The notes: generated by a model not told the origin, from the letters alone. DNA of 64,000 bases from an uncultured Actinomycetes bacterium (GCA_947085035.1 CAMTUW010000006.1:20484-84483), one strand, 5' to 3'; positions 18,401-27,136 are shown, counted from the stretch's first letter. Translations and numbers: made by a program.

Positions 18401-18869
18401 GGATTCACACGAGGTCGTTCGGCGGGAGTGGGCCTTCACCATGCGCGTCGCGCAAGGAAGCGAGGAGGTCGATTTCGTAGGGGCATTGGACGCTTACGGC
18501 AAGACCGGTCAACACGGCATGGTCGTCGACTACAAGACCGGGACATCAGGCGAACCAGCCGACCTGGAGGAGCGATATCGCCTCCAAGCCAGATGCTACG
18601 CACTGGTGGCGCTGGCTGATGGGTGCAGCACGGTGACCGTCGTCTTCAGCAGGCCGCAAGTACGCCTTCCCTCCGGGTTGATGCAGGAAGTGCGCTACGA
18701 GTTCACCCCCGCAGATGCTCCCGGAATCGAGAAGGAGATACTCGACGTACATCGTCGGATGGGGGAGTACGCCCCGTCGCCCCTGAAGCGGTGGGCGCAC
18801 GCGACATGCGCCGGATGTCCAGTCGCGGGAGGAGTGTGCCCCCGCGTCGCGCCCAAGGGGCACGGTTAG
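15408..18869 (+). CDS. addA: Helicase-nuclease complex subunit A (UvrD/PcrA-type SF1 helicase plus C-terminal PD-(D/E)XK nuclease)
   Basis: 1153 aa. Walker A AGAGTGKTKT, helicase motif II-like segment MVDEFQDTD, nuclease DAYG...VVDYKTG. GTG start abuts the addB stop. Confidence 0.85.
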   Translation: MSPELNSEQAAAVEALAGPILIQAGAGTGKTKTLTERFVRALEDSVEEEWSAARVNEVLTITFTDKAAGELSERVRKSLRERGRFADALATDSGWISTIHGLCSRILRRHALEAGLDPEFRIIDAVDDWRLKEEAFEEAASCEIETASEGFLLSEIGFTELFHVVDRVVRAMRMRGLTAADLVSEETSDPREIAAQVIESFGSAAARIESCGVGGKNAASLSEKCRGTVCSLEQLDSDGVEDADLARGVWEALEEWKPGGRAAGAAEAVRVEIKEERARLQLTVAACVAHPYEQAFVSLVNRYAANYARYKAERSLLDFDDLQARTADLLMRRPDVLQEYREMFRLVMVDEFQDTDGLQLSIVNALSGNDLCTVGDEHQSIYRFRGADVDVYRAHNEQMEIKGGRRFELTTNYRSHSAVLDFINRLFSASESSDGEVLDLKHGRAEPELSVLPESEPRVDLLVIDASDASAAELRAQEARGVAQRFVRLRDEFGVDPSGMVVLMRAYTHAQIYARALRACGFDVVVAGGGRLLTRPEVKGIRALIRTIANPADEMALCEVLASDIGRMSDDGLWRLTRDPKDARREGVWTTLGRAEEILDGEDRANAVRTRQLLQDARAEVGREPLGDVILRAVEASRYDLVLLASGTEGQHAFANVRKLVRMAHEYEAAGGAGPAGFAAYLDDRERFGEHTVLGVVVEEGSRAVRIMSVHASKGLEFPVVAVVETGATRRVNQDVLRAGVGPDGLLKFAIKPPLRARNTKSGNRSATFSELDSVEKIADDEESKRLFYVACTRAQEVLIVSGTADCESAPSEGTLTMMSGVRVALGATLFESARGQGVTTIHFGEHPIRLEVAQGAAEEENFDDGAAAESPPAAGCTSECFVAPSKNVCDAPQERAIRHLAPERLSYSDIVLFDSCELRFHAERVLRVGRLAWSDGVDPARFGSAVHLALQLSSAGRVPDADRMQAISQRFDLGAVETSALGAAVETFVSSETAHALDSHEVVRREWAFTMRVAQGSEEVDFVGALDAYGKTGQHGMVVDYKTGTSGEPADLEERYRLQARCYALVALADGCSTVTVVFSRPQVRLPSGLMQEVRYEFTPADAPGIEKEILDVHRRMGEYAPSPLKRWAHATCAGCPVAGGVCPRVAPKGHG

Positions 18870-19927
18870 ATGTCTGCGCGTTGTCGCAGCTGACCACAGG
18901 CGGCGTCGATGTCCGCTCCTCGTTCCGCACGCACGGATGCTTCCGTTCCGCTGCGTGCGAGCGTTCGCACGAACTCGTCAGCGCGCGTGGCGTCAGGGCG
19001 CCTGAGGGGTGAGCCGACAATCGGATTCACCGGAATCAGGTTGACGTGTACGAGGAGTCCTCTGCAGAACTCAACGAGCGCCTCAAGCTCTTTCGGCGTG
19101 TCGTTCGTCCCCTCAATCAACGCGTACTCCAACGAGGGCCGACGCCCTGTGAGTCTCGAGTAGTCGATGAGAGACTCTCGCAAGGCGAGTAGCGAGACTC
19201 CGCGGACCCCGGGCATGAGGCGGTTCCTCGTCTCTTGAATCGCCGAGTGCAGCGAGACGGCCAAAGTGAACTGTTCCGGCTCGCTCGCGAAACGGCGGAT
19301 ACCGTCCAGAAGGCCGCAGGTCGAGACGGTCAGGTGGCGCGCTCCGATTCCCAGTCCAAGGGAGGAGTTCATGAGCCTCAGAGCCGAAAGCGTTGCATCG
19401 TAGTTCGCGAACGGTTCACCCTGACCCATAGCAACGGCGTTGGTGGCACGGAGCCCGAAGTCTTCGCCCACCACCCTGACCTGGTCGACGATCTCGCCCG
19501 GGCCAAGGTCGCGAGTGAGTCCGGCGGCTCCGGTCGCGCAAAACGAGCACCCCATCGCGCAGCCGGCCTGTGTGGAGAAGCACACGGTCAGGCGGTCGCC
19601 TGCGGGAAGTCCGACCGTCTCGACCGTCACGCCGTCGGCGAGTCGAAGCAGGTATTTGCGAGTGCCATCCGCAGACATCTGCCGTTCGAGCACTTCAGGG
19701 AAGGGGAGCGGCATCCGCGCGCTCAGCACCGCGCGCAGGTCCGCAGGCAGGTCGCTCATCTCGGCGAAGGAGCGTGCGCCCCGACCGTAGACCCATCGCA
19801 CGATCTGGGCCGCCCGGAAACCAGGCAGACCCAGATCGTGCGCAAGCGCGGTGATGCCGTCGATATCCAAGGCCTTGACGCCCACCTCGACAGGCAGGCG
19901 GCAAGCCCCGTGTCGTGCTTCGCTCAC
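18866..19927 (-). CDS. rlmN: 23S rRNA/tRNA (adenine-C2)-methyltransferase RlmN (radical SAM)
   Basis: 353 aa. Radical SAM CAMGCSFCATG. C-terminal conserved Cys (AACGQL). Confidence 0.9.
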   Translation of the reverse strand: MSEARHGACRLPVEVGVKALDIDGITALAHDLGLPGFRAAQIVRWVYGRGARSFAEMSDLPADLRAVLSARMPLPFPEVLERQMSADGTRKYLLRLADGVTVETVGLPAGDRLTVCFSTQAGCAMGCSFCATGAAGLTRDLGPGEIVDQVRVVGEDFGLRATNAVAMGQGEPFANYDATLSALRLMNSSLGLGIGARHLTVSTCGLLDGIRRFASEPEQFTLAVSLHSAIQETRNRLMPGVRGVSLLALRESLIDYSRLTGRRPSLEYALIEGTNDTPKELEALVEFCRGLLVHVNLIPVNPIVGSPLRRPDATRADEFVRTLARSGTEASVRAERGADIDAACGQLRQRADI

Positions 19928-20440
19928 TCAGGCCTTTTCGAGGTCGGACTGCGCGGTCCGGTACTCCTCGCGATGCTCCGCTTCGTAGCGGCCAACGGCG
20001 CGGAAGTAGTACGCGATCTCAGGGAAGCCCTCGGCATCGGCGGTCTCGGCGAAACCGGGGTACATGTCGGTGGCCTCATTGTCTTCGCCGTGCGCTGCCG
20101 TTGCGAGGTTGGCGGCGGTGGTGGTCACGCCAGCCATGTAGGCGAGATGGCTCAGCGCGTGGGCGGTCTCTTCGGCGGCGGCACGTTCGAACGCCTTCAC
20201 GGCGCTTTCAGGCGCGCCTTCGAGCTCGGCGATGCGCTTCCACAACGTGTAGCGACGGTTGGCCTGAGACTCTCCAGCGAACGCGGCCTTCAGGTTCTCC
20301 AGGGTGCTGGAGCCTTCGAGGCCCTCGACGCCGGCGAACAGAGCGAAGGCCTTCTGGGGCGCACCACACATGGGGCAGGGATCGGGGGCGGGGCCAACGT
20401 GCAGGTAGCCGCAAGCCGAGCACCGGTACTGTTCAATCAT
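19928..20440 (-). CDS. rbr: Reverse rubrerythrin (N-terminal rubredoxin-like Cys4, C-terminal ferritin-like di-iron domain)
   Basis: 170 aa. CSACGY...CPMCGA at the N-terminus, then E..H di-iron helices ([19 protein letters not shown]). Confidence 0.85.
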   Translation of the reverse strand: MIEQYRCSACGYLHVGPAPDPCPMCGAPQKAFALFAGVEGLEGSSTLENLKAAFAGESQANRRYTLWKRIAELEGAPESAVKAFERAAAEETAHALSHLAYMAGVTTTAANLATAAHGEDNEATDMYPGFAETADAEGFPEIAYYFRAVGRYEAEHREEYRTAQSDLEKA

Positions 20441-20535
20441 CTTCAGTTCCTCTCTTTGTGCTGATAGGACATAACAACAATGATTTTCCCGAAAACGGCA
20501 TCAGCCGACGCGGGGGCAGTTCCTGTCCGTGAGCT

Positions 20536-20955
20536 TCAGGCGCCTACGCACCCGGCACACCGACCGTGAAACACTATGTCCGTGTGCGACACATGCGCGC
20601 TCGAAACAGCCGAAAGCAGCAGCTCGCTAACCGAGGGCGGCAGCTCAACGTCCACCACGGATTCGCAGACCTCACACACCAGATGCGCATGCGGGCTGGG
20701 ATTCGGGTCGAAGCGGTTCGCTCCGGGAAGGTCGAGCTCACGCAGGAGGCCGAGGTCCGCCAGCTCGTGCAGTCCCTTGTAGACTGTCGAGAGGGAAACA
20801 CCCGGAACCCTGAGAGCCACGCGGGCGGCGAGGGCGTCGGCCGCGGGGTGCGACGTGTCTCCGGCGAGCTCTTCAAGCAATGCTCGCCTCTGTGGGGTAA
20901 GGCGCAGGCCCGCGTCACACAGGCGTCTGGTCGCATCAGCGTTGGTGATCATCAT
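20536..20955 (-). CDS. Fur-family transcriptional regulator (PerR-like by context)
   Basis: ATG at 20955 after GGAGGTG. Motifs LRLTPQRRALLEEL, HAHLVCEVCESV and C-terminal CAGC (structural Zn CxxC pairs). Directly upstream of rubrerythrin. Confidence 0.8.
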   Translation of the reverse strand: MMITNADATRRLCDAGLRLTPQRRALLEELAGDTSHPAADALAARVALRVPGVSLSTVYKGLHELADLGLLRELDLPGANRFDPNPSPHAHLVCEVCESVVDVELPPSVSELLLSAVSSAHVSHTDIVFHGRCAGCVGA

Positions 20956-21073
20956 GAGCCGAACACCTCCAATCAAAAACCATTAGCACATCGGAACATT
21001 TACGAAGTATACTCCACCCAGCGGCTTTGGGAATACGAACTTGGACGAACCCGAAGATCAACGGAGGGGAACT

Positions 21074-22447
21074 ATGAGGACATCAAAGCGTGCTCTATGG
21101 CTGGTTGCTGGAACGGTACTTGTGTTGGGGCTGACAGTGGCGAGCGCGGTGGGGAAACCTCTACCGGTTGAGAAGGGCAACGCCACAGCCGATCAGTTCG
21201 TCGCCTCAACTGGGTGCGGATGCCATGCGGCGCTGGTCGAGCAGTGGTCCAAGTCGATGCATGCGCAAGCGCTCACCGACCCGCTCTATCTCACGAAACT
21301 CGCCGATGCGAACAAGGCCACCAATGGAGCGATCGGTCCATTCTGCAACAAGTGCCACGGTCCAGCCGCCACGATGGCCGGTGAGTTCGGCAAGAGTCCG
21401 ATGAGCCCCGGCGCGAACGATGCGGTCGGTTGCAGTTTCTGCCATCAGGTCACGGGACTGCTTCCCGGTATACCCGCCAACACCTCCCACCTCGTTGAGG
21501 CGAACGGAGTGAGGCGCGCGCAGCTCAAGGATCCGCAGGCCCCGCACCCCGCCCAGTACTCCGCCTTTCATGAGACCGCCGAGTTCTGCGGGGGCTGTCA
21601 CAACGTGAACCATCCGATCAATGGGATGCATCTCGAGGCGACGTACACAGAGTGGGCCGCCAGCCCGTGGGCGAAAGAAGGCGTCGTCTGCCAGGACTGC
21701 CACATGAGTCAGCAACCGGGACTCATCGGTCCTTCGAAGGGCCAGGCCGCCGGTGGCGCGCCTGAGAGGCCGAACATCTACCGGATGTCGTTCACCGGCG
21801 CTCAGGTCGCGTTGGGTGACGCCCAGGCCGCAACGGCGATGTTGCAGTCTGCGGCCGAGATCACGCTGAGCGCTCCGGACGTCCTTGGGGCGGGAGACAA
21901 AGCCGTAGTCGTGACGGTGACCAACAAGGGAGCCGGCCATTACCTGCCCACAGGACTCACCGAGATCAGGGAGATGTGGCTCGAGGTCTACTCCGAGAGC
22001 GTCACAGGAGAGAGGGCCGATCTGGGCGAGCGTAAGTTCGGCACCATTCTCCAAGACGATGCGGGCAACTCTCCGGTGGAGTTGTGGGAGGCTACGAAGA
22101 TCAAGTCGGATGACCGCATCCCTCCGAGAGAATCCATCACCGAGACCTACTCGATCTCGCTGCCCGAGGGCGCGGACCGGGCCACAGTGAAGGCCGTTCT
22201 TCGCTATCGTTCGGCTTCAGACGAGTTCGCCAAGAAGGCGGGCGTCGCCAACCCGATCACAGACATGGCTCTGGCCGAGCAAGTCGTCTTCGCTACAGAG
22301 GAAGCCAGGGTGGCCGCAGCGAAGGAGAGCCTGGAGAACACGACACCCTCGAAAGGGACGAACCTGGGCATCGCTCTTGCAGGACTGGCGGCGATCCTGG
22401 TGGTCGCAGGGTGGTTCGTCGTTCGTTCACGCCAGAGCAAAGCGTAG
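21074..22447 (+). CDS. Membrane-anchored multiheme c-type cytochrome (cytochrome c554-like family)
   Basis: - ATG at 21074 after GGAGGGGA.
- N-terminal signal/TM (ALWLVAGTVLVLGL).
- Four CXXCH motifs (CNKCH, CSFCH, CGGCH, CQDCH) plus an N-proximal CGCH.
- C-terminal TM anchor (LGIALAGLAAILVVAGWFVV). Confidence 0.8.
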   Translation: MRTSKRALWLVAGTVLVLGLTVASAVGKPLPVEKGNATADQFVASTGCGCHAALVEQWSKSMHAQALTDPLYLTKLADANKATNGAIGPFCNKCHGPAATMAGEFGKSPMSPGANDAVGCSFCHQVTGLLPGIPANTSHLVEANGVRRAQLKDPQAPHPAQYSAFHETAEFCGGCHNVNHPINGMHLEATYTEWAASPWAKEGVVCQDCHMSQQPGLIGPSKGQAAGGAPERPNIYRMSFTGAQVALGDAQAATAMLQSAAEITLSAPDVLGAGDKAVVVTVTNKGAGHYLPTGLTEIREMWLEVYSESVTGERADLGERKFGTILQDDAGNSPVELWEATKIKSDDRIPPRESITETYSISLPEGADRATVKAVLRYRSASDEFAKKAGVANPITDMALAEQVVFATEEARVAAAKESLENTTPSKGTNLGIALAGLAAILVVAGWFVVRSRQSKA

Positions 22448-22461
22448 ATCCAAGTAGGCTC

Positions 22462-23691
22462 TCAGCGGTTCTTGTCGGGGGTCTCGCCGGGGCGTCGTGT
22501 GGGGGTCTCCTCGCGGCTTTGAACCTCGAAGTCGGTGGGCTTGTTCCCCACTTCGACTTCGAGGTTCAGGGTGCGGCCGGCGCGGTTGAGTTCGAGCTTC
22601 ACGCGGTCACCGACCTGCAGGCGCCGTACCTGCAGTATCAGGTCATCCATTGAGCGGATCGGCTTGCCGTTCACCTTGGTGACCACGTCACCGGGTTTCA
22701 CGCCGGCCTCCTCGGCGCCAGAGCCTTTCGTGAGTTCGCTCACGTAGGCGCCCTCATCCACCGCGAGGGCCTCCTTGGCGACCAGAGCCGCGTTCACGGT
22801 CGTTCCCACGATGCCGAGGAAAGGATGCTTGACGCCGTTGCCCGCTATCAGCTGCTCGGCCACTCTTATCGCCGTGGCCACCGGGATCGCGAAACCGATT
22901 CCACCGCTCGCCCCGCTGTCGGAATAGATCGCCGTGTTCACGCCCACCAGGCGGCCGTTTCGATCCACGAGTGCGCCCCCGGAGTTACCCGGGTTGATCG
23001 CCGCGTCCGTCTGGATGACATCAACGAGGGGGTAGTTGCTGCCGGTGTCAGTGAAGTCGGGCAGCGAGCGGCCCAACGCGGAGACGACTCCCGACGTGAC
23101 CGTGTGCTCGAGTCCGAACGGCGAGCCGATCGCGATGACCGTCTGACCGACTTCGAGAGCCCTCGAATCCCCCAGCTCGATGAGCGGAATCTCGGCCTCC
23201 ACGAGCACGACAGCGATGTCGGTCTCGGAGTCTCCTCCGATGAGCTTGGCTTTCGTCGACCGACCTGATGCGTCGCGGACGCGGATGTCGGAGGCCTGAC
23301 GCACGACGTGGTTGTTGGTGAGTACGTAGGTCCCGCCTGACGCAGCTCGCTTGAACGCCACTCCGGAGCCATTGCTCGCGCCGGGTACGGCGGGGTGGTC
23401 ACCGGGCAACTCGCCATCTCGCGAACGCGCATCGCTCGCGGTGACCTCGATGTTGACGACTGAGGGGACGGCGAGCGCCGCAGCGGAGATCACGGGCTCG
23501 CCCGTGTTCGGGCGCAGACTGTCCGGACGCGGGGCCACGTCCGATGGTCGAGCCACATCGTCGAGAACCATCTGGGCACCGATGAACCCGCCGGCCAGTC
23601 CGGTGAAGGCGGCGATCACAAACGCCAGAATCGCCACCGTTGCCGCGAACGGCCAGTTCCCGGAGCTCTTTCGGGGGCTGTCTTCAGACAT
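22462..23691 (-). CDS. htrA: HtrA/DegP-family trypsin-like serine protease with PDZ domain
   Basis: 409 aa. N-terminal TM, catalytic GNSGGAL, C-terminal PDZ (GVKPGDVVTKVNGKPI). Confidence 0.85.
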   Translation of the reverse strand: MSEDSPRKSSGNWPFAATVAILAFVIAAFTGLAGGFIGAQMVLDDVARPSDVAPRPDSLRPNTGEPVISAAALAVPSVVNIEVTASDARSRDGELPGDHPAVPGASNGSGVAFKRAASGGTYVLTNNHVVRQASDIRVRDASGRSTKAKLIGGDSETDIAVVLVEAEIPLIELGDSRALEVGQTVIAIGSPFGLEHTVTSGVVSALGRSLPDFTDTGSNYPLVDVIQTDAAINPGNSGGALVDRNGRLVGVNTAIYSDSGASGGIGFAIPVATAIRVAEQLIAGNGVKHPFLGIVGTTVNAALVAKEALAVDEGAYVSELTKGSGAEEAGVKPGDVVTKVNGKPIRSMDDLILQVRRLQVGDRVKLELNRAGRTLNLEVEVGNKPTDFEVQSREETPTRRPGETPDKNR

Positions 23692-23745
23692 GGCTGCTCC
23701 TCATGGGCGCTGAGAGGGTCGTCTCGGCTCGACGGTGTGGGATGA

Positions 23746-25248
23746 TTGCGCCGTCGCCTATGCCGAGGATACCCCTGCGTGGAGCCGATTCACGAAGACA
23801 TCACAACTGACGGTCCGATCTGCGTTCCGGGGGAGGCCAACCCTCGGGCAGTGCTCGCCGTGCTGATCGTCGGGACCGTGATGGCGCCACTCGATTCGAG
23901 CATCGTCAACATAGCGCTGCCCGCGATCGCCGCGCAGTTCGGAGAGCGCCTCACCTCGGTCGGGTGGGTGACGACCGCATACCTGCTCACGATAGCTTCG
24001 CTGCTGCTTTCGATGGGACGTCTCGGAGACGTCTGGGGTCTTCGTCGTCTTTACGTGGCGGGGCTCTCCGTGTTCGCTCTCGGTTCCCTGGCAAGCGCCC
24101 TCGCACCCTCGTTGACCCTGCTCATCTCAGCACGTGTGCTCCAGGCGATCGGCGCCTCGATGATCTTCGCTGCCGGGCCAGCACTCGTGGTCAAGACCTT
24201 TCCGCCGAGCCGTCGGGGCTGGGCGCTGGGCTACATATCCCTGGCGGTCTCGCTGGGCCTGACCATGGGACCCGCTTTGGGCGGCTTGTTGATCGGGACG
24301 TTCGGGTGGCCCAGCATCTTCGTGATCAACCTTCCGCTATCCGTCGGGGCAGCTTTGGTCGCATGGAGGCTTCTTCCAGACGAGTGTCCTGAAGCCGAAC
24401 CATTCGATCTCGTGGGTGCGGTTCTGGCGGGCGCCGCGCTGCTCGTCTTGTTGGTGGGTCTTGAGCGCGCCGGGGGGTCCGGGCTTCTCGCGCCGGGGGT
24501 GTTCGTATCGATGGCGATAGCAGGAGCACTGGGCGCCGCGTTTCTGTGGCATGAGCGCCGAACCGCGACCCCGATGGTAGACCTCGACCTTTTCCGCTCC
24601 AGAACGTTTGCGACCGGCTTGGCTGCGGCGACGCTCGCCTATCTCGCCCTGCTCGCGGTGACCTTCACCCTGCCGTTCTTCCTTCTGCGCGTCCGGGGCA
24701 TCGATCCTCGGCTCGCTGGGGCGTTGTTGACGGCGGCGCCCATCGCCATGGCGCTGGTCGCTCCGGCAGCCGGTCGCTTCTCCGACCGACATGGCTCCCG
24801 CGGCCTGGCCACGGCGGGAGTCGCCCTGCTCGCGGTGGGACTGTTCGGCGCCTCGTTCCTCTCGCCCAGCACACCGATAGGGGCCGTTCCGCTCGCGCTG
24901 TTCGTGATCGGTGCCGGGATGGCGGCGTTTCAGACGCCGAACACCGCAGCGGTGCTCAGGGCGACCCCACGCGATCGCGCCGGTGTCGGGTCGGCGCTCG
25001 TGGCACAGGCGCGAAACGTGGGCATGGCGCTGGGCATCGGGCTCGCGGCTGCGCTCGTGAGCGCGCGGATGGGTGGCGGCGGGCTGCCCTCGGGTGAGGG
25101 AGCAGTATCGCCGGTGGTGGCTGCGGCGTTCACAGACGGCATGGCGACCGTGCTCAAGGTCGGCGCCGGTATCGCGCTGGGTGCCGCGCTGCTGTCGTGG
25201 TTCGGCCGCGCCCCGGATTCGGTTGAGGACGAAGGCGCCAACTCGTAG
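23746..25248 (+). CDS. MFS transporter, DHA2 (EmrB/QacA-like, 14-TM) family
   Basis: About 500 aa, polytopic. Motifs LDSSIVNIALPAI and GRLGDVWGLRR. The start codon is uncertain (TTG 23746 or GTG 23779). Confidence 0.8.
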   Translation: MRRRLCRGYPCVEPIHEDITTDGPICVPGEANPRAVLAVLIVGTVMAPLDSSIVNIALPAIAAQFGERLTSVGWVTTAYLLTIASLLLSMGRLGDVWGLRRLYVAGLSVFALGSLASALAPSLTLLISARVLQAIGASMIFAAGPALVVKTFPPSRRGWALGYISLAVSLGLTMGPALGGLLIGTFGWPSIFVINLPLSVGAALVAWRLLPDECPEAEPFDLVGAVLAGAALLVLLVGLERAGGSGLLAPGVFVSMAIAGALGAAFLWHERRTATPMVDLDLFRSRTFATGLAAATLAYLALLAVTFTLPFFLLRVRGIDPRLAGALLTAAPIAMALVAPAAGRFSDRHGSRGLATAGVALLAVGLFGASFLSPSTPIGAVPLALFVIGAGMAAFQTPNTAAVLRATPRDRAGVGSALVAQARNVGMALGIGLAAALVSARMGGGGLPSGEGAVSPVVAAAFTDGMATVLKVGAGIALGAALLSWFGRAPDSVEDEGANS

Positions 25249-25275
25249 ACTGGCTCCACTGATGAAAGAGGAGAA

Positions 25276-25656
25276 GTGACCGAAGAGACGATCCCCACTG
25301 CGGCAGACGCGTCAGAACACACGGTCTCGACGTGGCCGTTCGTGACGTATCTCGCGGCATGGTGTATGTACGCCGGGGTCGTTGTATGGCGCTTTGTGCA
25401 GGTGCCGGCCGATACCGCGGTGTTCGAGTCGCCCGACTACGCAATCGCGATGTTCGCGGGCGCGACCCTCTCGTTCACCGGCCCACTTCTCTCGTTGGCG
25501 GTCTGGATCGCTTCGTGGGACCGCGAGCAGGCGAGTCGGCTGGGCTTGTTGGCCTCGGCCGCGTTGAAGGGCTCGATCGCCACGCTTGCGGGTGTGAGCC
25601 TGTGGTGGCTCGCGTTGTTGGTCGTGGATCAGGTCCGGCTCGGCCGGATCCTCTGA
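25276..25656 (+). CDS. Hypothetical 4-TM membrane protein
   Basis: 126-aa ORF with four hydrophobic segments. No recognisable family. Confidence 0.5.
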   Translation: MTEETIPTAADASEHTVSTWPFVTYLAAWCMYAGVVVWRFVQVPADTAVFESPDYAIAMFAGATLSFTGPLLSLAVWIASWDREQASRLGLLASAALKGSIATLAGVSLWWLALLVVDQVRLGRIL

Positions 25657-25674
25657 CAGTGAGGTGCGTATCGG

Positions 25675-26619
25675 ATGGCCACTAGACCACGAAACGTGAA
25701 TGTCGCCGTGTTGATGGGCGGGCGTTCGGCAGAGCGCGAAGTGTCACTCGTGACAGGCGCCCAAGTGGCTTCTGCCCTGGCGACCGCGGGGTTCGATGTC
25801 GTGGAGATCGACGCCGGCGATGACGACTTCATCGCCACGCTCTCGGGGACTCGCACACACGTCGTGTTCATCTGCCTGCACGGACGGTTCGGCGAGGACG
25901 GCACGGTCCAAGGGCTGTGCGAGCTGCTCGAGGTGCCGTACGTGGGAAGTGGCGTCCTTGCCAGCGCGCTCGCCATGGACAAGGTCATGAGTAAGCACTT
26001 CTTCCGCTCCTCAGGCATACCCACGCCGGACTACGTGGTCTTGCGTCAGGGCGAGGAGATCGACTTCTCCGCCATCGGAGCACTGCTCGGAGACAAGACC
26101 GTCGTCAAGCCGGCGAACGAGGGCTCAGCGATAGGCGTGACGATCGCGCACGATGCAGCCGAGTTGCCCACAGCCGTGGGGATCGCGTTCAGGCACGATC
26201 GCACGGTTCTGGTCGAGCAGTTCATCGGCGGCGTCGAGGTCACGGTCGGCGTGCTGGGCAACGAGCACCCGTTCGCGCTGCCAACGATCGAGATCGTGCC
26301 CGAACACGAGTTCTACGACTACGAGAGCAAGTACCTTCCGGGAATGAGTCGCCACATCATTCCCGCGAGGATCGACGATGCCCTGCGAGACGAATGCGAG
26401 CGTCTCGCCGTTGCGGCGCACGTCTCGCTGGGGTGTCGGGGCATGTCGCGCTCGGACTTCATCGTCACGGTCGACGGCCACGTGCTCATCCTCGAGACGA
26501 ACACGATCCCGGGCATGACGCCGACCTCCCTTCTGCCCGATGCGGCCCGTGCCGCGGGCATCGAGTTTCCGGACCTGTGCGCAAGACTCGTCGAGCTCGC
26601 ACTCGAGACAGGCTCATGA
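25675..26619 (+). CDS. ddl: D-alanine--D-alanine ligase
   Basis: 314 aa. Motifs VAVLMGGRSAEREVSL, LHGRFGEDGTVQG and ATP-grasp (EVNTIPGMT-like LETNTIPGMT). Confidence 0.93.
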   Translation: MATRPRNVNVAVLMGGRSAEREVSLVTGAQVASALATAGFDVVEIDAGDDDFIATLSGTRTHVVFICLHGRFGEDGTVQGLCELLEVPYVGSGVLASALAMDKVMSKHFFRSSGIPTPDYVVLRQGEEIDFSAIGALLGDKTVVKPANEGSAIGVTIAHDAAELPTAVGIAFRHDRTVLVEQFIGGVEVTVGVLGNEHPFALPTIEIVPEHEFYDYESKYLPGMSRHIIPARIDDALRDECERLAVAAHVSLGCRGMSRSDFIVTVDGHVLILETNTIPGMTPTSLLPDAARAAGIEFPDLCARLVELALETGS

Positions 26620-26701
26620 ATCGCGCCGCTCTCTGGTGCGCAACGGATGGGTGGGCGATACTGGGCTTCTAGGTCCGATGCACCTGAGGGGGAGACGCCC
26701 G

Positions 26702-27133
26702 ATGATCTGTCCGAACTGCGGTCATGCGAACGTCGACGGTTCCGCCACCTGCGCGAGTTGCGGTCAGCAGCTGTACGGCGCGCCTCCGGCACCACCGGCG
26801 CCGCCAGCTCCTCCTGTCGCCTACGCGCCACCGCCGGGGTACGCGCCCCCAAGCTACTCGCAGCCGCAGGTGGTTGCGGCCGTACCGATCAAGAGTCACC
26901 TGGTCATGGCGATTCTGGCCACGATCTTCTGTTGTATACCTTTCGGTATCGTGGGTATCGTGTTCGCCTCACAGGTCAACACCAAGCTCGCCGTAGGTGA
27001 TTTCGCAGGCGCGCAGAAGGCCTCGCAAACGGCCTTGACCTGGTCGTGGGTTTCCATCGGTGCCGGACTCTTCGTCGCTGTCGCCTACGCTTTGCTTATC
27101 ATGCTCGGTCTCATGAGCGGGTTGGCGTACTAG
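26702..27133 (+). CDS. CD225/dispanin-family membrane protein with N-terminal zinc ribbon and Pro-rich linker
   Basis: ATG at 26702 after GAGGGGGA. MICPNCGHANVDGSATCASCG, PPAPPAPPAPP linker, CD225 core ILATIFCCIPFGIVGIVFASQV. Confidence 0.7.
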   Translation: MICPNCGHANVDGSATCASCGQQLYGAPPAPPAPPAPPVAYAPPPGYAPPSYSQPQVVAAVPIKSHLVMAILATIFCCIPFGIVGIVFASQVNTKLAVGDFAGAQKASQTALTWSWVSIGAGLFVAVAYALLIMLGLMSGLAY

Positions 27134-27136
27134 GCG

